NCBI RefSeq assembly: GCF_009914755.1
Contig: NC_060943.1
Reading direction: 5' to 3' (one strand)
Length of the DNA: 64,000 nucleotides
Source of the DNA: the human T2T-CHM13v2.0 reference genome, Homo sapiens
Both the position numbers and the translations under genes were made by a program. Below, piece after piece: positions 1-53,344 of the stretch (position 1 is the first letter of the stretch; the number at the start of each line of letters is the position of its first letter). The notes beneath the pieces were generated by a model that was given only the letters and a program-made list of their open reading frames with translations, did no database searches and was not told where the DNA came from.

Positions 1-282
<282 letters not shown>

Positions 283-1225
283 TAGGCTGGTCTCGAATTC
301 CTGACCTCAAGTGATCTGCCCGCCTCGGCCTCCCAAAGTGCTAGGATTACAGGTGTGAGCCACAGCCGCCGGATTCTTTTCCAGATTTTTTTGGCATGAT
401 GGAATTTGTTTATAAAAATACCGTTCTAAGCTGAGTGGGGTGGTGTGTACCTGTATTCCCAGCTACTCGGGAAGCTGAAGTCGGAGGATTCTTTGAGCTC
501 AGGAGTTGGAGACCAGCTAGCTAGGGCAACACAGCAAGACCCTGTCTCAAAAAAAAAAAAAAACATTAAAATTAAAAAACAGCTAGGTCCTTCTAGCTGT
601 TTGTGGATTTGAGGGGTCAGACATAGCAGCTAAGAGACCAGGGACTAGGATGATGGATGCTGGACCCAGGAGGGCAGTGGTGGGAATAAGAATAACAAGA
701 ACAGTCATAATTCACACTGACGTGGTGGAGACCATGTGCCTGGCACTGTTCAAAGCATTGTGCATATTCACTTCATCCTTCTCCCAAACACTAGAAGGGA
801 GGCAGTATCACTACCCCATTTGGCAGATAAAGAAACTAAGACAGTGGCCGGGCACCGTGACTCACCCCTGTAATCCTAACACTTTGAGAGGCTGAGGCAG
901 GAGGATCACTTGTGCCCAGGGATTCAAGGCTGCAGGAAGCAATGATTGCACCATCACACTTCAGCCTGGGCAACAGAGTGAGACCCCGTCTCTCTCTCTT
1001 TTTTTTTTTTCCAATGAATCAATTTTATTTTCAGACTTTCATAGTTAGTCTAATTAAATCAATTTAAAGTTCTCACTTTCTTGACATGCTTAAGAAGTAT
1101 AGTGTAGTGGGTGAAATCATAGACGCCGGAGACAGGACTTCCTGGGTTAGAATTCCAGATCAGCAACTTACTAGAATGAAACCTTGGCCACATTATGTCA
1201 TCTCTTTGTGTCTCCATTTGCTCAT

Positions 1226-1632
1226 TGCTTGGCGATAGGTGATTGTCTCACCGCTCAGCGATAGGCGATGGTCTCACCGCTCGGCAATTGGCGAAGGTCC
1301 CATCTGGGTCGCCAAAATGTGTCCGGAATTGGTGGGTTCTTGGTCTCACTGACTTCAAGAATGAAGCCGCGGACCCTCGCGGTGAGTGTTACAGTTCTTA
1401 AAGGTGGCGTGTCCAGAGTTTGTTCCTTCTGGTGTTCAGATGTGTTCGGAGTTTCTTCCTTCTGGTGGGTTCGTGGTCTCGCTGGCTCGGGAGTGAAGCT
1501 ACAGACCTTTGCGGTGAGTGTTACAGCTCTTAAAGGCAGTGTGGACCCAAAGAGTGAGCAGTAGCAAGATTTATTGCAAAGAGCGAAAGAACAAAGCTTC
1601 CACAGTGTGGAAGGGGACCCGAGCGAGTTGCC
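1226..1632 (-). mobile_element. ERV9/LTR12 fragment: R-U5 + tRNA-Arg PBS + short leader
   Basis: LTR12 U5 signature (CTGTAACACTCACCGC repeats, AATAAA, terminus CCAATTCCGGACACA at 1318), then TTT and the PBS TGGCGACCCAGATGGGAC (1314-1297), then ~24-nt leader repeats. Confidence 0.9.
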
Positions 1633-1809
1633 CAACCCCATCTCTCAAAGAAAAAGGAACTGAGGCAGAGAGTGGCGAGGTCCCTTATCTGAGCCATCTG
1701 GCTGCACAGTCTGTACTGAGTGCAGAATCCAAAGAACCCTGGGCCTACACTGGGCTCAAAGTGGTCAACTCCAATGGAATGCGGTTGTGTGTGCCCACGG
1801 TGCCAGCTA

Positions 1810-2375
<566 letters not shown>

Positions 2376-2651
2376 TGACCTCGTGATCTGCCTGCCTCGG
2401 CCTCCCAAAGTGCTGGGATTACAGGCATGAGCCACCGAGCCCGGCTGAGACCAGGATGTCAAGGCTTCAGTGAGCCAAGATCATGATGCCACTGCACTCC
2501 AGTACTGGCAACAGAGTGAGACTGTGAGAAAAAAAAAAAAAAAAGAAAGGAAGGCAGGTGAGAGGATATAAGATAAGAAGAGAATCTCAGCTGGGCGCGG
2601 TGGCTCACGCCTGTAATCCCAGCACTTTGGGAGGCCAAGGCAGGCAGATCA

Positions 2652-3030
<379 letters not shown>

Positions 3031-3695
3031 GTAAGGTTGTGATAACTACTCCCATGCGGCGGGGAGGGGGAAAAAGGCAGGGAAGAGAAGGAGACCAAGG
3101 ATGGAGATGGGGGAGAATTTTGAGAGTGGTAATCTTCGTGTAGGGGTGATATTTGAATAAAGACTTGCGGCCGGGCACAGTGTCTCACGTCTGTAATCCC
3201 AGTACTTTGGGAGGCTGAGGTGGGTGGATTACTTGAGGTCAGGAGTTCGAAACCAGCCTGGCCAACATGGTGAAACCCCATTTCTACTAAAAATATAAAA
3301 ATTAGCTGGGTGTGGTGGCACATGCCTGTAATCCCAGCTACTCAGGAGGCAGGAGGATCACTGGTGCCCAGAAGGTCGTGGTTGCAGTGAGTTATGATCG
3401 TGCCACTGCACTCCAGCCTGGGCAACAAAGTGAGACCCTGCCAAAAAAAAAAAAAAAGACCTGAAGGAGGTGACGGAGAGCCATGGTAAGAAACGTGGTC
3501 TGGGCAGAGGGAACAGCAAGTGCAAAGACTCTGAGGTGGCATTGGCTCTGTTGAGTTTGAGAAAGGGTGCACTTGGCTGGTTGCAGTGGCTCAAGCCTGT
3601 AATCCCAGCACTTTGGGAGGCCCAGGCGGGCAGATCACCTGAGGTCAGGAGTTCAAGACCAGCCTGGTCAACATGGTGAAACTCTGTCTCTACTA

Positions 3696-3833
<138 letters not shown>

Positions 3834-4808
3834 CTACAGAGCAAGACTCTGTCTCAAAAAAATAAAATAAAATAAATCAATAAATTAATAAATTAATGAA
3901 AGAGAAAGGGGTCAATTGTGATTGAAGGCGACTGGGAGGAGAGGGGAAAAAAGGAAAGTCAGGGAGGTGACTGCCCCTTTTGTGCCTTCTCCTTCTTGGA
4001 TCACACCCTCATTCAAATCTTTCTTACCTCCTTCAGAGAGCTGAGGACAGAGCCCCGGGGCTGGCCACTAGAGGCCACCCTCTCCATGGCTCACAGGGTC
4101 ACTGCATTGTCATCATGCAGTTGGCTCTCACTGAGCCCCAACTGTTCCTCAAATACCACTCTAAGCACTTTACATTGGTAAGTTCAGCTCATTCCCATAC
4201 ATCTTTATGAGTTAGACACATTTAAAACTTTTTCCTGGCTGGGTGCAATCGCTCATGCCTGTAATCCCAGCACTTTGGGAGGCCGAGGCTGGCGGATCAC
4301 CTCAGTCAGGAGTTCGAGACCAGCCTGGCCAACGTGGTGGAATCCTATCTCTACTAAAAATACAAAAATTAGCTGGGCGTGGTGGTGTGCGCCCGTAATC
4401 CCAGCTACTCAGGAGGCTGAGGCAGCAGAATTGCTTGAACCTGAGAGGTGGTGGTTGCAGTGAGCCAAGATCGCACTAGTGCACTCCAGCCTGGGCAACA
4501 AGAGCGAAACTCCATCTCAAAATAAATACATAAATAAATGAAAATAAAATAAAAAATAAAAATTGTCCCTGGCCAGGTGCAGTGGCTCATGTCTGTCATC
4601 CTAGAACTTTGGGAGGCTGAGGCTAATCGTTTCAGCCCAGGAGTTCAAGACTAGCCTGAGCAACACTGGGAGACTCTATCTCTACAGAAAAATTTTTAAA
4701 AATTAGCCAGGGGTGGCCAGGCACGGTGGCCCACGCCTGTAATCCCAGCACTTTGGGAGGCCGAGGTGGGCGGATCACGAGGTCAGGAGATCGAGACCAT
4801 CCTGGCTA

Positions 4809-5012
<204 letters not shown>

Positions 5013-6553
5013 TTAGCCAGGGGTGGTGGCATGTGCCTATAGTCCTAGCTACTCAGGTGGCTGAGGCAGGAGACTTGCTTAAGCCTCGGCAGTTGAGACT
5101 GCAGTGAGCCATGATCAGGCCACTGCACTGTAGTCTGGATGACAGAGCAAGACCCTGTCTCAACAACAACAACCAAAATCTGTTTGGGCCTCGCAAGGTT
5201 AGAGAAAAAAAATTAAAAAATAAAATAAAATAAAATATTTTCCTGTAGTCTCAGCTACTTGGGAGGCTGAGGCAGGAGGATCACTTGAGCTAAGGAGTTT
5301 CAGGCCAGCCTGGGCAACATAGAGAGAACTTGTCTCTATAAAAAGTTAACTGATTACTTTTTAAAACAAAGAGGTTTTTTTTCAGCCTTATTGAGGTATA
5401 ATAGACATATACAAAACCATGCAAATTTTAAGCGTACAATCTGATGAGTTTTCACACCTGTGAAGCCACTATTACAGTTAAGATACTGAATTTATCCACA
5501 GCTCCAAAAAATGTCTTCCTGCCTGAGGTGGTGGCTCACGCCTGTAATCCCAGCATTTGGGAGGCTGAGGCGGGAGGATCTCATGAAGCCAGGAGTTTGA
5601 GACCAGCCTAGACAACATAGCGAGACCCCTTATCTACAAATAAAATTTAAAAAATTAACCAGGCATGGTGGCTCCTGTCTGCGGTCTCAGCTACTCTGGA
5701 GGCTGAGGTTGGAGGATCAGAGTTGGAGGCTGCAGTGAGCTATGAAAGCGCCACTGCACTCCAGTCTGGACAACAGAGCCAGATGCTGTCTCGACAAAAC
5801 AAACACTGAAAAAAACTTTCCTGGAGCACTTCATTCATCCCTCCCTCCCGCGCCTGCCTACCCCTGGATTTTTTTTCCCTGAGCATAATTCTCATGAAGA
5901 TTCGTCTATGTTGTTGCGTGTATTCCAGCCCTATTTTGCACATGAGGAAACTGAGGCACAGAGAGGCGTGGCTTGCCCCGGAGGTCACACTAGTCGATTT
6001 GGTCCCAGGCCAGGGCGGGTTCTGGGTCGGCAGCCCGCGCAGGTGCACTCGGGAGGCGGGGCGGGCGCTGCAGGTGCGCAGTCAGTCTCACCTGGGCGCC
6101 TGCCAGGAGGTCAGTCCTGGGCCCTGGGGGGCAGGACTAGGGGCGGGGCCAGGGGCAGGGGTTCCCCAGCTCTGCTGCCTCCGATAAGGGCCTGAAGGGG
6201 CTGTCGCGCTCCTGGCGGTGTGATAAGGAGGGCGGGGGGAGGCCGCGGGAAGGCGTCGGGGTTTGAGGTCCCCGCCTGGCGACCCGGGATCGGGGCAGGA
6301 AAGGCGGCTGGGCGGGGAGAGGGCGGGGCGGGGCGTCTGGCTTGGCCACGCCCACCGTCATCCGGGGTCCTGGCCCGCTAAGATGGCGATGGCTGCGGTA
6401 GCAGCGGCGGCGGCTGTTGCCTGGCCCGGTACCCTGGGGACGGGGGCCGAGTAGCGCCTTCCCCGGGCCCCGTGAACCGGCTGCGGGTCGCCCTTGGGGG
6501 GCAGCGGCCGCAGCCCCCCACCTGGGCCCTCGGTCCGCCCTCCCGGCGCGTCC

Positions 6554-15525
<8,972 letters not shown>

Positions 15526-15557
15526 AGGGAGGGGATGAGGGGAAAGATACAACACTA

Positions 15558-15571
15558 TTTATTTTTTTATT
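15558..15571 (-). terminator. Probable KRI1 poly(A) signals (two AATAAA on minus strand)
   Basis: TTTATT at 15558-15563 and 15566-15571. These are the first canonical hexamers I found downstream of the KRI1 stop. Confidence 0.65.
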
Positions 15572-15856
15572 TATGTCATGTCGGGTGTGGGATCTTGAGC
15601 TCTGGCAGTGATGATGGTACTTCCTGTTGTCAGCCCCTCAAGCCCAGCTGCAACCAGTCTGGGGCCATTCAGCCAGGGACAGAGCCCACAGAGCCCATAC
15701 ACCTGTCTCCCACCAGCGGGGCCCTCCTGGCAGGGTAGGGAAGGAGGACCCCGGGCACCCCCCTCAGGGCCTGACTCACGTACTGTAGTTTGCACTGGAC
15801 GCCCGGGCCCTCCCTGTCCCAAAGCCCCCTTGGGGGAACTGTGGCTGCTGGGGGCC

Positions 15857-15862
15857 AATAAA
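15857..15862 (+). terminator. ATG4D poly(A) signal AATAAA
   Basis: First canonical hexamer ~330 nt after the stop, followed by a GT-rich downstream element (GTGGGTGTGG). Confidence 0.8.
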
Positions 15863-16408
15863 GCTGTGTAACTTGATCGTGGGTGTGGCTGGGCGCAGCG
15901 TTCTGAGGGGATGTGGGGTCTGGGAGGTGTCTCGAGGTGAGAGCTCCAAGTCACGGGAAGTTTAAGTCAGCCTCAGTTTCCACATCCATAAAATGGGACG
16001 ACTTCCTTACCCACAGCTACACGTGTTTTTTAATTTTTTTTTTTTTTTCAAGAGACAGGGTCTTGCTTTGTTGCCCAGGCTGGAGTGCAGTGGTGCAATC
16101 ATAGCTCTCTGTAGCCTCAAACTCATGGCCTTAAGTGATCTTCCTTCCCCAGCCTCCTGAGTAGCTGGGACTACAGGCATGTGTCACCACATTTTGTAGA
16201 GATGGAGTCTCGCTAAGTTGCCCACGCTGGTCTCCAATTCCTGGGCTCAAGTGATCCTTTCACCTCGGCCTCCCAAAGTGCTGGGATTACAGGCGTGCCT
16301 GGCCACAGATGAGAGGATCTCTGCAGCAGATAGTACTTGTGGGTGCGAGACCTGTCCAGGGCTTGATTTGAGGAGAGGAGCCTGAGGCCCCTGCCTGCTC
16401 CCTGGTGC

Positions 16409-28850
<12,442 letters not shown>

Positions 28851-28941
28851 CTCATCCCCATCAACATCCGGGATGTGTAACTCTCCATCCCAGACTCAAA
28901 AATCAGAAGCCACCCGTGCTGTGATCATGCACAAGTCTTAA

Positions 28942-28947
28942 TTTAAT
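28942..28947 (-). terminator. Probable CDKN2D poly(A) signal ATTAAA
   Basis: TTTAAT on plus at the end of an AU-rich 3' UTR segment, followed on the minus strand by a GT-rich stretch. Confidence 0.65.
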
Positions 28948-29517
28948 GGGTAAAAACATTAAATTATTACAACATTTTTTCCAATAAAGCATAATAAATA
29001 GAATCCATTTCTTTTAAAACGCTGTACAAGAGACTGGAAAACAAGCTTCCAACAGAATATGAATAACTCATAACTCATTCTACCTTCTTATTGATTTGGG
29101 ACGCTCCCCCCACCCCCCATGCCTGAAGCAACGTGCACACTTCAGGTCTCTGAGCACAGCCGGCCAAGGCCACCAGCTTCTAGGCTCCCTGGAGGTCATG
29201 ACTTCACTCTTAAATGCTCTGCCCTTGGGTCTCGTCTGAGGCCCCAGCAGCCTGAGGCGCAGAAGAAACTGAACCGTTTAGGTGGCTGTGGCCTGCAGGA
29301 GCCCTTCTCTGTCCAACACACCAAAAGGAGTGAGAAAAACAAATGAGAAACGTCCCCCAAACACTCACACCCCCAAAACCAACACCTATAAGCCACAAAC
29401 TGTGCTCCTCCCCTACTGCAGCAGTGGGCAGGAGAAACAAGAAGAGAAAGTGTTTCTTCCCCTCTCTTCTGATACATAACCCCACGGGGTTCTCTTGCTG
29501 GAGAGGGTGACCCCAGA

Positions 29518-31110
29518 TCACAGCGGGGCCACCATGTGGCCCTGCAGGATGTCCACGAGGTCCTGAGCCCCTCTCTGCAGTGCCAGCTCCAAGGGTGTGA
29601 GACCCCTGGCGTCCCTGCGATGGAGATCAGATTCAGCTGCCAGAAAGCTGACCACAGCAGTGTGACCCTCTTGAACTGCCAGATGGATTGGAAGTGCCCC
29701 GGTGCCATCAGGCACGTTGACATCAGCCCCGTGCTCCACTAGGACCTTCAGGGTGTCCAGGAATCCAGTGCGGGCTGCGTCATGGACTGGACTGGTACCG
29801 GAGGTGTCCTGGACATTGGGGCTGGCACCTTGCTTCAGCAGCTCCAGGGCGATGGCGGTGCTGCCAAACATCATGACCTGTGTGAGGGACAGAGGATCAG
29901 GAGGTCCTCAAGGGAGGAGGTTCCACAAAAGGGGTCACTGGAAAGAGAAGGGTCATCCAGAAAGAGGCATCTCCCAGAAACAGGAAATGCTAGAGGAGGG
30001 GTCCTCTAGTGAACGGAGAAGCTGCATAAGCCCCCAGGAAAGTTCTTCTGGGAATAGGGACCCCCCCCAAAAGCTGGTCACTCCCTTAAGAATGAGACCC
30101 CCCAACCCAGAGAACAGCCCCCCATGGAAACTTTCAAGGAACCTAAGACTCTCCCCCAAGGGACCAAAGACGCCCCCAGATATGGGCAATCACCAGGAAA
30201 CAGAAAATCCCCTCCAGGAAATGGGCCCCCAGAGATGGAGAACTACCCCCAAAGAATTGATAGTCCTCATAAGGGAAAAAAGATGTCAAAGGAAAGCGAA
30301 CCCCTTCTCCAGGAAATAGCCTCCTCCTACATAATGGTGATGTCACCTCAGAGTACCTGAGAGCTCCTTTCAAGAAGCGGGATTCCAAAAGTAATAATAA
30401 AAGAGAAACGAGACTCCCCTGTAAAATGTCTCCCAGGGAATATAGGGATGTCTTGCAATCTGACATTGTTCCTCCATTGGGGCCCCCATACTATATCAAG
30501 GATCCGCATAACCTTTAGGAATGAAGACCCCACCCCCAAGTAACCAGATTTGTCTCAGAGAGCCCCCTACAAAATGAGGAACCCCTAGAGACAGGACCTC
30601 TCCTTCCAGAGATCGGATCTCCCCACAGAAGCCCCAAGAAACGTGAGCCGTCCCCATGGAAACGGCATCCAAAGGAGCTGAACCCGCACCCACGGAATAA
30701 GAACCTCCCCAGGGAAAGTGAATCCCCGGCACTCAGAGAACCAGGAATCCTCCCAGAGAAGATGCTAAAAAGCTCTCCCCTCCCCCCACAACCTAGCCTC
30801 ACCCACCACCCACCTTCGAAGGGGGACTGTGGGGGAACAATGAAAGCCTAGAGAAGGACCGGTTCCCAGTGGGTCACCACCAGGGCCAGGAGACCAGAGA
30901 GGAGCTCTGGGGTCTCGATCCTCATCCCGCTTAGCCGCCCCGCCCCAACCTGGACCGGCCCGGCCTCACCTGCAGCGCCGTCTTGCCGAAGCGGTTGAGG
31001 GCGTCGGGATGCACCAGCTCGCGGTGCAGAAGGCGGCGCACCTCCTGCACGTCGCCCCGGGCCGCCGCCCCACTCAGCCGGTCGCCGGCGCGAACCTCCT
31101 CCAGCAGCAT
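29518..31110 (-). CDS. CDKN2D: Cyclin-dependent kinase 4 inhibitor D (p19INK4d), ankyrin-repeat protein, 166 aa
   Basis: Exons 31110-30970 ([20 protein letters not shown]...FGKTALQ) and 29877-29518 ([24 protein letters not shown]...GHMVAPL*); total 501 nt, GT-AG intron, INK4-type ankyrin repeats. Confidence 0.98.
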
Positions 31111-31900
31111 GTCGACACTGGCGGCCTGCAAAGCCCCCCGCCCCGCCCCAGCCCGGCGCTGTCAGCGCGGAGCAGCCGGCGGGCGCTGGCCCGAACAGCC
31201 CTCCCGGGGCGCGGCCGCGGTGCACCCGGCTGCGCTGCTCTCCCGTCCCGGCTCCCCAGCCCGAGACCCCGGCCCTCCCGGCGGGCTCCTCCCCCTGTCA
31301 GCCGGAGGACGGCGAGGGGCTGGGAGCCGGGCCCAACCCTCGGCCGCCCGCGGGGCCCTGCCCGGCGCCCGCCCCTTGGGGGCCGGGTCTCCCCCTAACT
31401 CACCCTCCCTCCTCCTCGCCGGGCGGGGTCTGCTCTGAGCCTGCGCCGCCGCCGCCGCTGAGGCAGCCGCCAGGGGGCGGAGCCAACGTGCTCCCGGCCA
31501 CGCCCCGAACGCAACTGATTTGTTTTCTTACAAACTCGCTACTGTGTAGCGGCACCGCGTTGCCCGGCGCGCGACCTTACGGCGTTCCGCCCACAGGGCC
31601 TGCATAACCAGTGGCTGCGCGTCGCCGGGGAAACTTCGGGCTCGGCGTGAAACGCGTCGCTCCTGATTGGTCAGAGTGTGGCAACCGGTGGACCGCCGGC
31701 AATGGCGGGGTTTTCGGTTTTCAAATGAACCCGGCAGGCGGGAAAGAAGGCTGGTTTAACTGACCCAGGGAGAAAGGTCAGGGGCAGGGTCGCGCGGGCT
31801 GCTCTGGGACCTCGGCGCCTCCTGAGGGAAGGGAGGCAGGGCTGGAGCCACCCAATCCGAGGTTCCACTACTAATAGACATTCATTGGCCCTTACTACGA
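30880..31900 (-). promoter_or_regulatory. CDKN2D CpG-island promoter
   Basis: CpG-rich; E2F site TTTCCCGC (minus, 31738-31745); CHR-like TTTGAA (minus, 31720-31725); CCAAT boxes (31666-31670, 31852-31856, 31884-31888); (GCC)n at ~31445-31458. Confidence 0.85.
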
Positions 31901-32289
31901 GCTGGGCGCTTTATTTCATTCATTTATTCATTCACTGTGTGCAGGGAGCGTCCTGGGAGCTGGACGCGCACATTCAAACAACCAAATAATATTAGATAGT
32001 GTCAAGCACCGTGAAGAAAGGGAAACGGAGAGACGGAGTGGATGAGGAAGGGATCACCCTGCCGGGCTCAGACTGAGCCAGCAGGAAAGGAGCCTGCAGC
32101 TGCCACGTGGGAAGGCCTGAGAGGACATAGTCGCAGCCAGACAGGGACTCAGAGGTCTTCGTTCAAATATTTACTTAGCACCTCCTAGAGGGGCCCGAGT
32201 GGAGAGCACGCCAGTCGGCCCCTGCTGCAGGGACACCTATGGTCTGGGGCCAGAGACAATAGTTAATTTTTATTTATATATGTATTTAT

Positions 32290-34952
<2,663 letters not shown>

Positions 34953-34959
34953 CTAACAC

Positions 34960-34974
34960 GCGCCCTCTAGCGGC
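34960..34974 (-). promoter_or_regulatory. CTCF-like motif GCCGCTAGAGGGCGC
   Basis: Close match to the CTCF core consensus, in a short unique-sequence island just past the AP1M2 3' end. Confidence 0.6.
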
Positions 34975-35136
34975 TACTGGGGGAACAGACCGTGGAGGTG
35001 GGAAGCAAAGGCAACAGCAGAGGACCAGGGCCATGACCCGGGACTGAGGAATGGACTGACACGTGTTACCCACTCCCATTGCAGCACTTCAGTAATGTCC
35101 CCAAACAAGCACATAGGCAGCGGCTAGATTCATCTT

Positions 35137-35142
35137 TTTAAT
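35137..35142 (-). terminator. Probable AP1M2 poly(A) signal ATTAAA
   Basis: TTTAAT on plus ~380 nt after the stop; GTGCTTGTTTG downstream on minus. Confidence 0.6.
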
Positions 35143-35519
35143 GACATCCTAAAATTCAGAGGAGGGGCCAGCGGGACCTCTGGGCTCAGCGGCTGTGAAG
35201 GAGGGACCCGCAACACCCGCTAAGGCAGGTAATTGCAAGAAGGCACTCGCGAGGGGGACTTCAAGCCCCTCTTCTATTTCTTCATATAAAATCAGGGGGA
35301 TGGGGAAAGCTCCAAGGGCGAGGGAAGCAGAGAGAGTTTCTCTCCCAGCCTATGGAATAAGGAAGAGGTGAGGAAGGGGCGGGTGCTGGGAGCAAGAAAC
35401 TGCCAAGTCCAGGACCTGCCCTCACACAGACACACACAGCCCGCACCTGCCCTCCCTCTAAAATCTGCATCCGGGGCTGTAAGGAAGCCCCGTGTTCAAG
35501 CCCCCATCTCTTCTCCCTT

Positions 35520-49699
<14,180 letters not shown>

Positions 49700-49964
49700 G
49701 GTGGCGGCCGAAGGACTTAGGAGTCGGGGAGGGAGCGCCGGGAGGCGATGGCGGCGCCGCTTCCTTCTTCCTGCGGAAGCGCCTGCGCCCAGGTGAGAGC
49801 CCAGGTGTGTGCGTCTTAAAGGGGAGGCGGCCAGGTGAGCAGCGCTGTCGGCCAACTTGAAGATGGCTGCGGGGCCGGGAGAGGTACTGCGACTTCAGAT
49901 GGGTCTGCTGCCCCCCTTCACTTTCCCTAGCCACCCAGGAGTAATGACGGGTGGAGACCCCAAA

Positions 49965-50480
49965 CCAATCAACCATCCTTCCATCCATTCATTCATCCTT
50001 CTTTTCATTCATCTATCCATCCATTCGTCCATCCATCCATTCATTCTTGCATTCATTAATCCATCCACGCATCCACTCATTTAGCCATTCATTAATCCAT
50101 CTTCCATCGATTCATTGATCCATCCATCCATTCGTCATCCATTTCTTCATCCATTTTTGCATTCATTTATTTGTTCGTCTATCCATTATCCATTCATCCA
50201 TCCATTTATTCATCCATTCATTCATCCCTTCTTGCATTCATTCATTTATTCATCTTTCCATTCATCCATCCATTCATCCATTCTAACATTCATCAATTTA
50301 TTCATCTATCCATCCATCCATCCATCCGTTCATCCATTCTTGCATCATTAATTTATTCATCTATCCATTCATCAATCCATCCATCCATCCATTCTTGCAT
50401 TCATTAATTTATTCATCTATCCATTCATCCACCCATCTATCCATTCATTCATCCTCTCATTGATTCATCCATCCATTCAC
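49965..50480. repeat. Degenerate (TCCA/TTCA)n tract with ~50-60 bp higher-order unit
   Basis: About 520 bp of CATC/CATT tetramers, with a recurring CATCCATTCTTGCATTCATTAATTTATTCATCTATCC unit. Confidence 0.9.
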
Positions 50481-50633
50481 CTTCTTTCTCCTCTGTCTCA
50501 CCCACACACGTCAGCCCCCATACAGCAGGGACTTTGTCTTGTTCATGTTTATGTCCCTAGTGCTCAGCACTGGGTGCTCAAAATTTGCCCAATTCATTCA
50601 TTCACTCATTCATATAATAATTTTCACTGGTGA

Positions 50634-52750
<2,117 letters not shown>

Positions 52751-52996
52751 TGGTTTGTGCAGATTAAATGAGTTATTCTGTGCAACGTGGTGTTGGAAGG
52801 GAACTTGGATGTAGCTGACTGTCAACCATGTCGCTGAGAAGGAGGAGGATGAAGATGATGATCTGGATGATGATGTAGCAGTTGAGAGCACAGATGCTGG
52901 GTTTGATTTTTGATACCACCACACACTGGCTATAAGGCATGGGCTGGTGAATGCACCTGCTGTGCCTCAGTCTCCTCTTATGTTAAATGGGTATAA

Positions 52997-53344
<348 letters not shown>

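Noticed and set aside
1228-1296. Three ~24-nt direct repeats resembling a CRISPR-like array
   Set aside because: No spacers; these are ERV9 leader tandem repeats in a mammalian genome.
1255-1641. 128-aa ORF over the LTR12 fragment
   Set aside because: A recurrent LTR12 U5-derived spurious frame, not gag/pol/env.
4062-4079. TGGCCACTAGAGGCCACC CTCF-like site
   Set aside because: Mismatch in the GGGC core; too weak to call without ChIP data.
29702-30319. 205-aa plus-strand ORF antisense to CDKN2D
   Set aside because: Non-ATG start and no homology; explained by antisense coding bias and composition.
52830-52880. Acidic EEDEDDDLDDD-like stretch suggesting a pseudogene
   Set aside because: Short GAT/GAG simple repeat next to a MIR-like tail; no extended homology seen.
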